Shown here: positions 1 through 14,627 of the stretch, piece by piece | How positions within the stretch are numbered: position 1 is the stretch's first letter | Layout: each line of letters begins with the position of its first letter | Source of the DNA: Paraspadella gotoi | Taxonomy: Eukaryota > Animalia > Chaetognatha | Reading direction: 5' to 3' | Length of the DNA: 64,000 bases | Assembly: GCA_051294375.1 (NCBI GenBank) | Contig: CM119266.1 | Coordinates: 11,027,142-11,091,141 of the forward strand | The notes under the pieces: generated by a model | The model's database searches: none | Seen by the model: only the letters and a program-made list of their open reading frames with translations | Told to the model about the DNA's origin: nothing | Translations under genes and position numbers: made by a program

Positions 1-276
1 GTTAGGGGGGCGTGACCGCGTGAATTAACGAGGTCACGTCGACGAATTCTTTACTCGACAAACACGTTTCGTTTCGAGCGTCGATCGAAAGAGGACGCGA
101 CGGTCGAGAGTGAGGACGTCAAATAAAAAAAAAGACTAACGGGTGGAAGTGAGACGGTTTTACGTTTCAGTTACATCCGGGTCACCCCGTGTTTTCATGT
201 CTCCCTTTTTTTCTTAAATTGGCTGCTTGAAACATTTTCAATAAATTTTTTTTCTTTCTTCTTATTTCTTTTCTCA

Positions 277-278
277 TT

Positions 279-352
<74 letters not shown>
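277..352 (+). repeat. (TTTC)n microsatellite
   Basis: Direct observation. Confidence 0.95.
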
Positions 353-354
<2 letters not shown>

Positions 355-695
355 TTCCTCATTCATTCATGCTATTTTCTACCTTTTTTAGTTTCCCCCT
401 TTCATGTTTACCTCCCTCTCTTCTCTCTCCCCAACACAGAAAATGCAGCGTGAAAACCAATTGTCGTCGTCGTCATCGTCGTCGTCGTCAACGTCGTCGA
501 AGAAGAAGAAGAAAGAAAAAAATTGGATCTTGGCGAGAGATTTGGTGTAAGAGGGATAAGTTAGGGGACCGAGTGGTGAAGGATAAAAAAAAGAGAAAAT
601 GGAAATAAAGAGAAAGAAAAAAAGGAAAGAGAAAGAATGAAAGAGAAGGAAAATTAAAAGAAACAACTAAAAGGAAAGGAAGAAAAGTAACAACG

Positions 696-900
696 GAAAG
701 AGAAGAGAAGGGAAAAGGAAAGTGAAAAGAGAAGAGAAAGGAAAATGAAAGTGAAAAGAGAAGGGAAAAGAAAAGGAAAGCGAAAAGAGAAGAGAAAGAA
801 AAGTGAAAAGAGAAGGGAAAGGAAAAGGAAAGCGAAAAGAGAAGAGAAAGGAAAATGAAAGTGAAAAGAGAAGAGAAAGGAAAAGGAAAGCGAAAAGAGA
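696..900 (+). repeat. ~29-bp purine minisatellite (GAAAAGAGAAGAGAAAGGAAAA[T/G]GAAAG[T/C])
   Basis: About 7 tandem units seen directly. Confidence 0.8.
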
Positions 901-1293
901 GGCGGCCAAAAGGGGAAGGCTTCCCGCGACGTTATGGGTTTCGAGGCGAGAAAAGCAGTTCAGGTGATGCAGCAGTTTTAGATGCAGTTGCTGTGTTAAG
1001 GAGAAGCTGCATTTACGAACTACGCAGGATAGGTTAGCCAGTTAGCGTGGCTTAACCTCCCACGTGGCAATTATATAAAATAATAAAGATGTTTTAGTGT
1101 CCTCTTGAGTTAAACTGATTGGGGAGATCAATGCCATCCAGGACCGGAACTTCACGACATCCATCGATCACAAACTTTTTCAGTCGCTTTTTTCGCGGCT
1201 AGATTGCCCGGCGCGTCGCCATGACAACAATTCTCGGCGCGTCAATCCGGTAGGAATGCGCGCCGCGTCATTCGCTTCGGAACCTGAAATACG

Positions 1294-1294
<1 letters not shown>

Positions 1295-1365
<71 letters not shown>

Positions 1366-1417
1366 TTTGTCTTTCTTTCTTTATTTCTTTATTTCTTTCT
1401 TTCTTTATTTCTTTATT

Positions 1418-1467
<50 letters not shown>
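1295..1467 (+). repeat. (TTTC)n/(TTTA) microsatellite
   Basis: Direct observation. Confidence 0.95.
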
Positions 1468-1470
<3 letters not shown>

Positions 1471-2091
1471 TTTTCGTTTTCCTTTTCGTCGTCGCGTGTC
1501 GCGGGATTTCAACAGATTTGAATAATTTTCTTTTTATTTTTTACTTTTTTAAACTTTTTTTTTGAAATTCAATTTTCGTCGACGTCGTCGTCGTCATTTT
1601 CGGGTTGTTGTGGTGGTTGTTGTTGTTGTTGTTGTGGTTCGAGACGCGGAGAGATTATTTTCGCGTTTTTCGCGATTGAAGAACAAACGAGATTTTTACG
1701 ACCCGAAAAAAAAAATTGTTCGAACGAAACCTCGATGCCTCTCATCCTATTTTTTTTTGCGCTTTTGTTTATGGGTTTCGAAGGTGAACCAACAACAACA
1801 ACAACCACGACGCCTCCTTTTTTTTTATTTAAAACAATTTTTTTTCGATGAAAATAGATAACACCAGCGCCTCTACAGGTCGAGCCTTGGGCGCGGAAGA
1901 TCCCTCACGATGTTATAAACTGGGAAATCGGAAACATTGTTTTGAGATTTAATCAGGTTTTTTTTTTGCCTTCTTTTTTATTTTCTTTTCTTTTTCTATC
2001 GTCGATTTCCGCTTATACTTCCCGAACTTTTTCCCAATCTCTTTCTCACTCCCTGTTGCGTCGTATTAATAGTGTTTTTTTGTGGTTTTTC

Positions 2092-2209
<118 letters not shown>

Positions 2210-2679
2210 CAAAGGAAGACGATCTCTTTATTTTCATCTTCTTTACTGTAAATATCAAGTTTGTATATTTTTCCAATTCCTATTTTTTCTTCCCCAGATA
2301 ATCCGAAATGTTTTGGAAAATATTTCTGTCGCCAAAGTTGGTGGCGGATCGGCGGCGTCGGCAACTCCGTCTGCGTCGGCAGCGTCGGCGGCAGCGTCGG
2401 CGGTAGCGTCGTGAATATCGGCGTCGTCTGCTCCGGATATTTTGTCGATATCTTCCCTCGTCTCGTCGTCGGTCGTTCGAATGTTTTGGGACGAGTCTCC
2501 GAATTTCTGGGAATTCTCCCGAATTTCTCAGAAATGCCCGAGTCTCTCCGGAATCTTCTCGATCGTCGCCGAATCCTTTTCCGAGTCGCTCCGTCACTCG
2601 TTTCCGCCAAATGGACTCAGAAGATTCTTGGAAGAATCCAATTCGGGAGATCGCGCGTCGGGGAGCAAGAGAGGTTGAC

Positions 2680-2762
<83 letters not shown>

Positions 2763-3293
2763 TTCTCACTCTTTCTCTCTTATTCTCTACATATATCTTT
2801 CACATCAATTTTCTGTTTTTCTTTTTACTGTTTTAAAATGCTTATTAATTTAGGAATTTTTCATTATTTTTTTAATTTAATTATGAAACATTCTTTTCGA
2901 TATTGCTTATTGTTAAAAAGATCCAATTATTCTTAATTTTTTTCCCATTTTTTTTTCAACTTTCTACTTCTTTTACGTCTCTTACTTTTTTTCATCATCA
3001 TCATAATCGTTCGGTTCTACATTACATTTTCCGCAAAGGTGATTCCTTCTCTCACATTGACTCTATTCACCGCCCTTCATTCCCTATCTCCCACCAAGGG
3101 CCCACGCTCCGCCATGCTTCATAAAGCCACGCTCTTTTTTGCGAGCCCAACGGCGCGAAATAAAGCAAATATACAATTTCCTTATAGCACTTTGGGGCAA
3201 CTTTATGCACCATAAAAAATTTGCAAATGGTTCCGTTTCACAACCTCCTTAAAATGAGAAATAAAAAAAAGGGAAACGAGGAAAAGAGTACAT

Positions 3294-3416
<123 letters not shown>

Positions 3417-4595
3417 CTACATTCTTAACCTTGCCGCTAAGGACAAGAACCTACCCTCGGCTCGAGGTAAGACGAGGAAGCGCGAGGGAAAATGAAGGCA
3501 TCTCTCGTTGCCAAGGAAACCCGAACCGGCATCTTTTNNNNNNNNNNNNNNNNNNNNNNNNNNNNNNNNNNNNNNNNNNNNNNNNNNNNNNNNNNNNNNN
3601 NNNNNNNNNNNNNNNNNNNNNNNNNNNNNNNNNNNNNNNNNNNNNNNNNNNNNNNNNNNNNNNNNNNNNNNNNNNNNNNNNNNNNNNNNNNNNNNNNNNN
3701 NNNNNNNNNNNNNNNNNNNNNNNNNNNNNNNNNNNNNNNNNNNNNNNNNNNNNNNNNNNNNNNNNNNNNNNNNNNNNNNNNNNNNNNNNNNNNNNNNNNN
3801 NNNNNNNNNNNNNNNNNNNNNNNNNNNNNNNNNNNNNNNNNNNNNNNNNNNNNNNNNNNNNNNNNNNNNNNNNNNNNNNNNNNNNNNNNNNNNNNNNNNN
3901 NNNNNNNNNNNNNNNNNNNNNNNNNNNNNNNNNNNNNNNNNNNNNNNNNNNNNNNNNNNNNNNNNNNNNNNNNNNNNNNNNNNNNNNNNNNNNNNNNNNN
4001 NNNNNNNNNNNNNNNNNNNNNNNNNNNNNNNNNNNNNNNNNNNNNNNNNNNNNNNNNNNNNNNNNNNNNNNNNNNNNNNNNNNNNNNNNNNNNNNNNNNN
4101 NNNNNNNNNNNNNNNNNNNNNNNNNNNNNNNNNNNNNNNNNNNNNNNNNNNNNNNNNNNNNNNNNNNNNNNNNNNNNNNNNNNNNNNNNNNNNNNNNNNN
4201 NNNNNNNNNNNNNNNNNNNNNNNNNNNNNNNNNNNNNNNNNNNNNNNNNNNNNNNNNNNNNNNNNNNNNNNNNNNNNNNNNNNNNNNNNNNNNNNNNNNN
4301 NNNNNNNNNNNNNNNNNNNNNNNNNNNNNNNNNNNNNNNNNNNNNNNNNNNNNNNNNNNNNNNNNNNNNNNNNNNNNNNNNNNNNNNNNNNNNNNNNNNN
4401 NNNNNNNNNNNNNNNNNNNNNNNNNNNNCTCCTCCTCCTCCTCCTCCAAACATGTCGCGCTCGATTCAATTCCATGAAATTGGGTCGCATATCAAGGCAG
4501 AAAGACTTAAGAGGAGAATCCTTCTCTTTCGCCGTGATTTTCATCTCGCTTTTCTTTTTTTCTCTTTTGCCATCTTTCCTTTACTTTGAGATGTC

Positions 4596-4630
<35 letters not shown>

Positions 4631-5193
4631 TNNNNNNNNNNNNNNNNNNNNNNNNNNNNNNNNNTTTCTTTCTTTCTTTATTTCTCTATTTCTTTCTTTC
4701 CGCACCCTTAATTTCTATCGCCCATTTTCGACGCGATTCAGTCACAGCGATCCTGCGACTCACGTTACGATATTTGACTGAACACACAATTCACTTCTTC
4801 CCTTACCTTACCTTACCTTTCCTTTCATTTCCTCTGCTTTCTTTTACTTTTCTTTCCTCTTCTTTCCTTTTTTTTAGCTACCTTTCCTTTCCTTTACTTA
4901 CCTTACTTTCTCTTCCTTCCTTTTTCTTTTCTTTTCTTTCCTTTCTTTACTTCTTCTTTCATTTCATCTTCTTTCCTTTTATTTACCTTTCTTCTCTTTC
5001 CTTTCCTTTTCTTTCCTTTCCTTTCTTAACCTCATCTTTTGTTTCATCTTCTTTCCTTTTCTTTACCTTTCTTTCCTTTTCTCTTCTTTCCTTTCGTTTT
5101 CCTTCTTTTTGTCGTCTCGTTTTGCCGAACCTCTTTTCACTACTTTTTCGCGACCTCCGCCCAACTTATGGCGCCTTTCACCGCTTCTAATTT

Positions 5194-5224
<31 letters not shown>

Positions 5225-6268
5225 NNNNNNNNNNNNNNNNNNNNNNNNNNNNNNNNNNNNNNNNNNNNNNNNNNNNNNNNNNNNNNNNNNNNNNNNNNNN
5301 NNNNNNNNNNNNNNNNNNNNNNNNNNNNNNNNNNNNNNNNNNNNNNNNNNNNNNNNNNNNNNNNNNNNNNNNNNNNNNNNNNNNNNNNNNNNNNNNNNNN
5401 NNNNNNNNNNNNNNNNNNNNNNNNNNNNNNNNNNNNNNNNNNNNNNNNNNNNNNNNNNNNNNNNNNNNNNNNNNNNNNNNNNNNNNNNNNNNNNNNNNNN
5501 NNNNNNNNNNNNNNNNNNNNNNNNNNNNNNNNNNNNNNNNNNNNNNNNNNNNNNNNNNNNNNNNNNNNNNNNNNNNNNNNNNNNNNNNNNNNNNNNNNNN
5601 NNNNNNNNNNNNNNNNNNNNNNNNNNNNNNNNNNNNNNNNNNNNNNNNNNNNNNNNNNNNNNNNNNNNNNNNNNNNNNNNNNNNNNNNNNNNNNNNNNNN
5701 NNNNNNNNNNNNNNNNNNNNNNNNNNNNNNNNNNNNNNNNNNNNNNNNNNNNNNNNNNNNNNNNNNNNNNNNNNNNNNNNNNNNNNNNNNNNNNNNNNNN
5801 NNNNNNNNNNNNNNNNNNNNNNNNNNNNNNNNNNNNNNNNNNNNNNNNNNNNNNNNNNNNNNNNNNNNNNNNNNNNNNNNNNNNNNNNNNNNNNNNNNNN
5901 NNNNNNNNNNNNNNNNNNNNNNNNNNNNNNNNNNNNNNNNNNNNNNNNNNNNNNNNNNNNNNNNNNNNNNNNNNNNNNNNNNNNNNNNNNNNNNNNNNNN
6001 NNNNNNNNNNNNNNNNNNNNNNNNNNNNNNNNNNNNNNNNNNNNNNNNNNNNNNNNNNNNNNNNNNNNNNNNNNNNNNNNNNNNNNNNNNNNNNNNNNNN
6101 NNNNNNNNNNNNNNNNNNNNNNNNNNNNNNNNNNNNNNNNNNNNATGGAATGAGTCAGTTCTCTCGCCAGTCTCGCTTTGGCTCAATGTCGTCTCTCTTT
6201 CCCTCTGCGGTCACCGATTCCTGTCGTGACATCGGAACTCGACACCGTGGGACGAGTAAGTCTTTCTT

Positions 6269-6269
6269 T

Positions 6270-6318
<49 letters not shown>
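6269..6318 (+). repeat. (GTC)n microsatellite
   Basis: Direct observation. GTC/GAC runs recur throughout the window. Confidence 0.95.
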
Positions 6319-6320
<2 letters not shown>

Positions 6321-9300
6321 GGTGTCGTAGCTGTCTGACCGTGGTAGTTAACGAGTGATGGTCATTCTCTCAAATTAAACCCGACGAAGAGATGATAATT
6401 TTTGACTGTTCTGGTTACAACGATGGCGTAGATTACTTTAAGAGATCTGTCGTAACAACAACGACAACAGCAACTATGTTTTGTTATTGTTATTTAAGAA
6501 TTTCGTTAGTTTTTCAAAAATTTTGGTGTATTTTTAGTTAATAGGGCCTAAAATAACATATTGATTGAAAGCTTGCTGAAACCAGCTATGTCATTATCTT
6601 GTAAGAGTGATGGAGGTCTTAAAGCACCAAAGCCTGTCCAAAGTCAGGGACAAGATAGCTTATTTATTAAATGAATGGATAATTTTTATATTGGTTGTAC
6701 CAATTTCATATGATATTGGGTATTATATCAGTTTTCTTCTTCGCTTATATTTTTGGCGGTTTTTGTCCTTGGTTCATCTTGCTCCTTTCTCCTCAATCCC
6801 ATCCCTTCCTTTTCTCTCCCTTCTTTGTCCAACTTCCCCTTTCTCCTCTCCCTCCCCCCTTCTCCCTCTTCCTCCCCCTCTTCCTCCTCCCGAGCGGACA
6901 CGTGTGTGCCGACTTGTCACGCCATAAATAGGGTTCAGAGTCAGGAACGGAAGATCCAGGCTAAAAAGGGGAAGCCAACGTTAGACGACGACGGCCGACA
7001 AGAGACGACAAGATCTGAGGGATGCATACAGGAGCCGACAAAAGCCGACAAGGGTGACGACTGGAGCCGACTGGAGCCGACGCGAGTCTGGCGGGAAAGA
7101 CATTTAGGNNNNNNNNNNNNNNNNNNNNNNNNNNNNNNNNNNNNNNNNNNNNNNNNNNNNNNNNNNNNNNNNNNNNNNNNNNNNNNNNNNNNNNNNNNNN
7201 NNNNNNNNNNNNNNNNNNNNNNNNNNNNNNNNNNNNNNNNNNNNNNNNNNNNNNNNNNNNNNNNNNNNNNNNNNNNNNNNNNNNNNNNNNNNNNNNNNNN
7301 NNNNNNNNNNNNNNNNNNNNNNNNNNNNNNNNNNNNNNNNNNNNNNNNNNNNNNNNNNNNNNNNNNNNNNNNNNNNNNNNNNNNNNNNNNNNNNNNNNNN
7401 NNNNNNNNNNNNNGACAAGAAGGCGAGGCGGTCGGGTCTCGGTATATCGAGGGATTTGCATCCGGGCCTCGTTTCCGTTTTCCCCGGATTAAAGGAACCG
7501 ACGTGGAATCGATTCCGACTGACGAGGTGGGGGATGATGTTGAGGATGATGATGGAGAGAAGGATTTAAAGAAAAATGATGCTGAGAAGGGTTTGATGGG
7601 GTTAGGACGATATAAAGAATTACGTAACTAGAAATGGATTCATGATAGAAGAATTGCATTAAGTACAGACTGAGGAAAAGAATAACTGAATTGGAATTTA
7701 CTCAGACCCAAATCGGAATCGCATCTGGGATGTGAGCTACGAAAAATCGATGGCGTCAGATATTCGAGTGCGCGTAATTTTTGTGACGGAATGAAGGGAA
7801 TCGTGGTTGGCGAAAAGCTGAAGAGACTTCAATCCTATTTATGATGTATTTCACGGTAAGAACTAAGAAGAATCAAATGAAGCCTTTGCTGAAGTTCCCA
7901 AAACAACCATTTCAATGCTTACGAAAAGAAATTGTAGACGTTTTGTGATAGAACTTTGCCCCTGAATAACTATGACAAAAGAAACTATGACAACAACAGC
8001 GGCAGCCGCGTCAGCCACGGCACAGCGGGGCGAGTTTTTCTCCTCAGCTGGCGACAGCTGAGAACTCGAGCCTCTAATCTTTGGTTACGCATTCTTCTTC
8101 AAACTCGTTGACATGGTCACGGGGTTATGAGCATGGAATCGTGAAGGAGGAATGGGGTTTGAAAATTGAATCAAGCGGCTTTGAATGTTTTTGACATTCT
8201 TAAGCATGGGAAGACCGGGGAGAAGCGCCGGGTTTAGATAATGGCGACCTTCAGACTTGAGACAATATGATAGCGATCGAATACATTATAACATCGTCGA
8301 ACACAAGGATTTAAAAAAAAAATAAAATTGGGGTCGTAATGGCTCCTTTGATAATAAGAAATCTTTTGAGATTTCAATATTTTTTTAACTTGTACCTCAT
8401 GAAAAGGGGAAATAATCGTTAACACTTGTCAAGAACTCGGNNNNNNNNNNNNNNNNNNNNNNNNNNNNNNNNNNNNNNNNNNNNNNNNNNNNNNNNNNNN
8501 NNNNNNNNNNNNNNNNNNNNNNNNNNNNNNNNNNNNNNNNNNNNNNNNNNNNNNNNNNNNNNNNNNNNNNNNNNNNNNNNNNNNNNNNNNNNNNNNNNNN
8601 NNNNNNNNNNNNNNNNNNNNNNNNNNNNNNNNNAGAAGCGGAGAATAAAAATCCGAGAAGAGTGAAGACAGGGGACAATAAAAGAGTAAAGTGAAAAACG
8701 AGGTCAAAACAAGAAATGGAGTTTGTTTCGGGGAAAAACGGAGAATGAGGAATAAGGAGTTCGAGAGGCTAAGACGGNNNNNNNNNNNNNNNNNNNNNNN
8801 NNNNNNNNNNNNNNNNNNNNNNNNNNNNNNNNNNNNNNNNNNNNNNNNNNNNNNNNNNNNNNNNNNNNNNNNNNNNNNNNNNNNNNNNNNNNNNNNNNNN
8901 NNNNNNNNNNNNNNNNNNNNNNNNNNNNNNNNNNNNNNNNNNNNNNNNNNNNNNNNNNNNNNNNNNNNNNNNNNNNNNNNNNNNNNNNNNNNNNNNNNNN
9001 NNNNNNNNNNNNNNNNNNNNNNNNNNNNNNNNNNNNNNNNNNNNNNNNNNNNNNNNNNNNNNNNNNNNNNNNNNNNNNNNNNNNNNNNNNNNNNNNNNNN
9101 NNNNNNNNNNNNNNNNNNNNNNNNNNNNNNNNNNNNNNNNNNNNNNNNNNNNNNNNNNNNNNNNNNNNNNNNNNNNNNNNNNNNNNNNNNNNNNNNNNNN
9201 NNNNNNNNNNNNNNNNNNNNNNNNNNNNNNNNNNNNNNNNNNNNNNNNNNNNNNNNNNNNNNNNNNNNNNNNNNNNNNNNNNNNNNNNNNNNNNNNNNNN

Positions 9301-9958
9301 NNNNNNNNNNNNNNNNNNNNNNNNNNNNTGAAAGAAGTCCGGGTGGCGCCGAAAGGTGAGGAAAGAGGTAAAGGGTGAGGTGGAATCACAGGAAAAGGGG
9401 AAAGGAAAGAAAATAGGGGATAGGGAAGGAGGGAGGAAATGAAAAAGGAAGGGAGGAAACGGAAGGAGAGAAAATAAATTAAATATTTTTAATATTGAGT
9501 ACCAAAATACTTTTGCATAAAATTAGTCTTACTCTTTTTGTTATGATTATTAAGTCAATTTTTAACTAGACGTTTCTTAAATTCTAAAATCATACATTTT
9601 TTCACCAGTCTTCATTTTTCGATCATCAAAACGATTTTCACTTCAAAATCACGGCCATAACTAACGTTCACAGTTGATGATTTCAGCACTCCCATAAAAA
9701 ACTCACTTTCCTCAAACCTCGATTCGCTCATTCGTTCTCTCACTCACCACGCATTACCATTCATACTTCCTCAAAGACGACGACGACGACGACGACAACT
9801 ACGACGACGACGACCGAACACGAATCACTACATCTCTCGCCGACTTCTCCCTTTGCTTTTTCTTTCTCTCTCGTGTAAAAGAATGGGTCTAAAATTTGTT
9901 TGATCAAAACATTAACGTAATGGGATAAGACTCGCGTTAACCGATAAATACCACAATG

Positions 9959-10070
<112 letters not shown>

Positions 10071-10509
10071 CGCATCTTATCTTGATTTTCTTTTCATTCT
10101 CTCATCTCTTCGGCTTTTTCTCGGTCTCGAGGCTTTTCCCTTCTCAATCGCTCTCTGCCTTTCTTCTCTCTTTTCTCTTTATCCGGAAAAACACCCCTAC
10201 TTTCGTTTCCTCTCTTTTCTTTTCTTTTCATTTCTTTTTCCTTTCTTTTTCCTTTCTTTTCTCCAGGAATCCAATATTCTTTTCCCGTCGATTCGCACAT
10301 CTAGTTCCGGTTTCGAGAGACTCCTTCCATTTCCAGACGATAAAGTTCCATCGATTCCACAGACGTAATTCTTTGTTATCAATGTGATTTTCCCCTAAAT
10401 ACACGCTAGTAATCGTCGACGTCGAATTCCTTAGTAAATCGATGTCTACGCTTAACACTTCCTTACGTTCCCGGTTCCCACTTCCTCCTTCCCATCTGAT
10501 CGCCGTCTG

Positions 10510-10893
10510 TTCCCATCTTTTCTCATCTCTTCCCATCTTTTCGCATCTCTTCCCACCTCTTATCAATCTCTTCTCATCTTTTTCCATCTTTTCCCATCTC
10601 TTCCCACCTCTTCCCCATCTCTTCCCATCTCTTCCCATCTCTTCCCATCTTTTCACATCTCTTCTCATGTTTTTCCATCTTTTCCTATCTCTTCCCACCT
10701 CTTCCCCATTTCTTACCATCTTTCGCATCTTTTCCCACCTCTTCCGACCTCTTCCACATCTCTTCTCATCTCTTCCCCATATCTTCTCATCTCTTGCAAT
10801 CTTTTCCCACCTCTTCCCATCTCTTTCAATCTCTTCCCCATCTCTTACCACCTCTTTCCATATCTTCCCCATCTCTTCCCATCTCTTCCCATC
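10510..10893 (+). repeat. 10-bp pyrimidine-rich minisatellite (CTCTTCCCAT)n, degenerate
   Basis: Tandem ctcttcccat/cttttcccat units. Explains the spurious ORFs 10228-10902 and 10442-10948. Confidence 0.9.
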
Positions 10894-11418
10894 ATGTCCC
10901 ATTAAGTACAGGTTCTCGTCTCATCGATTCGCCTCTCGCAGGTTTTAACTGTCGTCCCATAAACCTGAACGACGACAGCGAACGACGACGTCGACGATGA
11001 CGACGAACGTGCGACGATGACGACGACCACGACGAAAGCACGAAGATAACGACAACGACGAAGAAAGCGCGACGATGACGACGATGAAGACGACGAAGCC
11101 GATCGACGACGACGATAACGAAAGCGAAACGATAACGACGACAACAATACTAAATATCGAAGACAACAAGGACGACGACGACGACGATGAAGAAGACGAC
11201 CGACGACGAGCAACGACGATAACGACGACTGCCGACGACGACCTCTTTCCCCCCATCGACTCTATGCACCCCAAGGCCCCAACGGCCTTGGGCGCCGCGC
11301 GCGCGGGCGGACGTGCGAACGGCACGCGCGGTCGTGCGTGCGAGCGTCGAGGCGGTGACTCATTCCATCACGTGAATGACAGAGAGCGACGGAAAAATGA
11401 GAGAGAGTGGAGAGAGAG

Positions 11419-11494
<76 letters not shown>

Positions 11495-11953
11495 TTGAAT
11501 TTGTGAAACTGCGAACTTTGATGTCGAGGCTAGAAATCAAAACAGTTGCAATAATATTGTTTTTTTTTTATTTATCGGTGTTTTTTTTGTGAGTACCAAA
11601 AACAATAGTGTTCAACGAAGTTTTTAAGAATTGAATGCTTTTAAATAATATATTCTATAAAGTGTACAATTCTTTTGTATTGTTTAAAACAAAGTTGACC
11701 CGCGAGTCTTTTGTTTAATTGACTTTTCTCTTCGCCGCTCGATGAATCCCGAGATTGACAACGAGGAAGATTCACGGAGACATCCTGGTTGACGACGACG
11801 ACGACGAGAAGGAAAAAAAAAACAACACAAAACAAAAAACCAAGTGAACCGAATCACGACAGAAAAACAAAACGTCAACGACAACAAAGTCAAAGACGAC
11901 GACGACGACGACGACGACGACGCCCCTAATTATTTTTAGTTGACACATTTCGA

Positions 11954-12005
11954 TCACGTGACGACAACGACGAAGGTCACGTGAGGGCGGCCGGAGGTCA
12001 CGTGA
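11954..12005. promoter_or_regulatory. Triplet of TCACGTGA E-boxes (USF / MiT-TFE CLEAR-type)
   Basis: TCACGTGA at 11954, 11977 and 11998. Motif match only. Confidence 0.4.
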
Positions 12006-13539
12006 TCCTAGCGGTTGTCGCGAATCCGAAGAAATCATTTCACTCGTCGAATCGTCGAAGCGAAAGGATCGAAAAAAAAGAGTGGGAGGTTGGGACGGGG
12101 GGGAGAGATAATGGAGTGTGAAGGAGTGGTGAGGAGTGGCGACTCGAGAGTCCTCGTGAGTCGTGACGATGGACGTGATTGAAGTGTGGCAGTGAATGGG
12201 GAGTGAAAAGGAAAGAATACGTTGAGTACGTTCGAGGGCAGTGTGAACGAGGAGAGAGAGAAAAGAAAAATTCAGAAAAAAAGAAAGAAAGTGAAATGAA
12301 AAGCGAAAGTCGAAATTCGAGCGACAATTTATTTCTTCTTCTTTTTATTTATTATTTTTTCATGAAGATCGTTGCTTCTTTTTTTTTGTAACGGAAAATA
12401 AAAAAGAAGAGAATTAGGAAAAAAAGAAAAGTGGCGAGGAAAGAGAAATAAAGAAAATTTTATAAGCTGAGGGTGATAAAGAATTTTTTTTAACTTTAAC
12501 TATTGCAAATTGACAATATTGGTTAAAAGAAGGGTTACCAATATAAAGGCCAGACAGATGCATTCAACATAAAATTGTATAAAAAAAAACTACAAAAAAG
12601 GTTCACTGAAAAAGATAAAGATCAAAATGAGATCAAAGACAAAAAAAAAGAGGCGACGAATACACTACCAAAAAAAAAAAGAAATCCCACGAGATCGAGA
12701 CGGTTGTTTTTCTTTCGCCCCCCCCTCGCCCCCCTCTCCTTCGCTTCCCCTCTTTCTTTTTCCGGGCGTATGAAGTGCTTTATGTTGTTCAAAGATTCCT
12801 CCGTTTTAAATTATTCATGAAAAGAATAAATAAGAAATCTTCAGACCCTCGCCCAAAAAAAAAAAAAAAATTTTCTTTTTATCTTTCCTTCTTTTCATAA
12901 ATTTTCGGTGGTCCCGAAATTCATGGAACCTCGTTTGGCGGCCGAGGCTGCGGCGGGCGNNNNNNNNNNNNNNNNNNNNNNNNNNNNNNNNNNNNNNNNN
13001 NNNNNNNNNNNNNNNNNNNNNNNNNNNNNNNNNNNNNNNNNNNNNNNNNNNNNNNNNNNNNNNNNNNNNNNNNNNNNNNNNNNNNNNNNNNNNNNNNNNN
13101 NNNNNNNNNNNNNNNNNNNNNNNNNNNNNNNNNNNNNNNNNNNNNNNNNNNNNNNNNNNNNNNNNNNNNNNNNNNNNNNNNNNNNNNNNNNNNNNNNNNN
13201 NNNNNNNNNNNNNNNNNNNNNNNNNNNNNNNNNNNNNNNNNNNNNNNNTTAGAGATCAATTATTTGTAATTCTGACTGACCTGAAATACTTCTTTACAAT
13301 TTAACAACAAACCCGCTATAATTCATCCATAAATCGTCTCTCTCTCTGTCTCTCTCTTCATCTCCTTGTTCTTCTGTTCTCCTCAACATGTTTCGCCATC
13401 TCGCGTCGCCATCTCGCGTCCCTCGTCACCCGCGGTATAATACAGAGTCTTCGCCTCTGCTGCTCCTTAATCGTCTTTCGAATCCCGAGCGAACGAAGAC
13501 CGCGTTTCTTCCTTCCTTCTTTCCTTTTATCTTTTCCTC

Positions 13540-13720
13540 TTTTAAACGAGTCCTTTCTTTTCTTTTCTTTTTCCCTTTTTTTAAAGGAGTTCTTCCTTTT
13601 CTTTTCTTTTTTCCTTTTTTTAAAGGAGTTTTTCCTTTTCTTTTCTTTTTGCTTTCTCTTCAAGGGCTCCTTCCTTTGCTTTTCTTTTTGCCTTTTTTTA
13701 AGGAGTCATTCCTTTTATTT
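13540..13720 (+). repeat. ~39-bp pyrimidine-rich minisatellite (TTTAAAGGAGTT..CCTTTTCTTTTCTTTTTCC)
   Basis: 4-5 degenerate units with a recurrent aaggag core. Confidence 0.7.
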
Positions 13721-14190
13721 TCTTTTTGCTCTCTCTGGTAGGGCTCTTTTGTTAAAGTTGTTTCGTTTCCTTTTTATAACTGGGAGGGAGCTGTTAACTT
13801 TTTCTCTTTATTGTTTAAATTCTTTCCTATCTTTCTCTCTTATCCGTAATTTACTTTACATTGTACAGTTTGGAAATACCGAAATTCTGTTATTCATTTT
13901 TGAGTCGTTCCTTCATCTTATTTATTCTTATCTTTTCTTTCGCTTTTTTCCTTTATTCTTTCTCATATTCTTTCCTCCGTTACTTTCCTTCTTCTTTTCC
14001 TTTCCTTTTCCTTTCCTTCCTCCGTCCTCCCCCGCGCTCCTTCCTTCTCTCATCGCATGGAGTTTGGAATTTGTTGCCTACGTAATGGTAAGTGATTGTG
14101 AAGGATGAACTGCGCCAAGAATCTATTGAAAACCCCGACGCAACTCATGAATTTGGTGCCGCGTCTCCGGAATGGAAGACCGGTGCAGAG

Positions 14191-14276
<86 letters not shown>

Positions 14277-14546
14277 ACGCGAGGAAAGAAAAAAACCTCC
14301 GCATAGACGACATCAAAAGGGCCGGTGGTCTCGAGCCGAGGACTCCATGGCAACAGATTGTGATGCAACTTTTCGGCCTCACGGAAAAAAAGGGAAAAAA
14401 GAAAAAAAAAAAAGAAAGGAAAAGAGCGAAAAAAAAATACTCTGCGGTTTGGTGGAAAGAAAGAGGGGGGAAACTTGATTTTTGGGTAGCAAAGGCCAAA
14501 CGGGAATAAAAAGAAGGACCGAAAAATATGAAAGAATGAGATAGGG

Positions 14547-14627
<81 letters not shown>

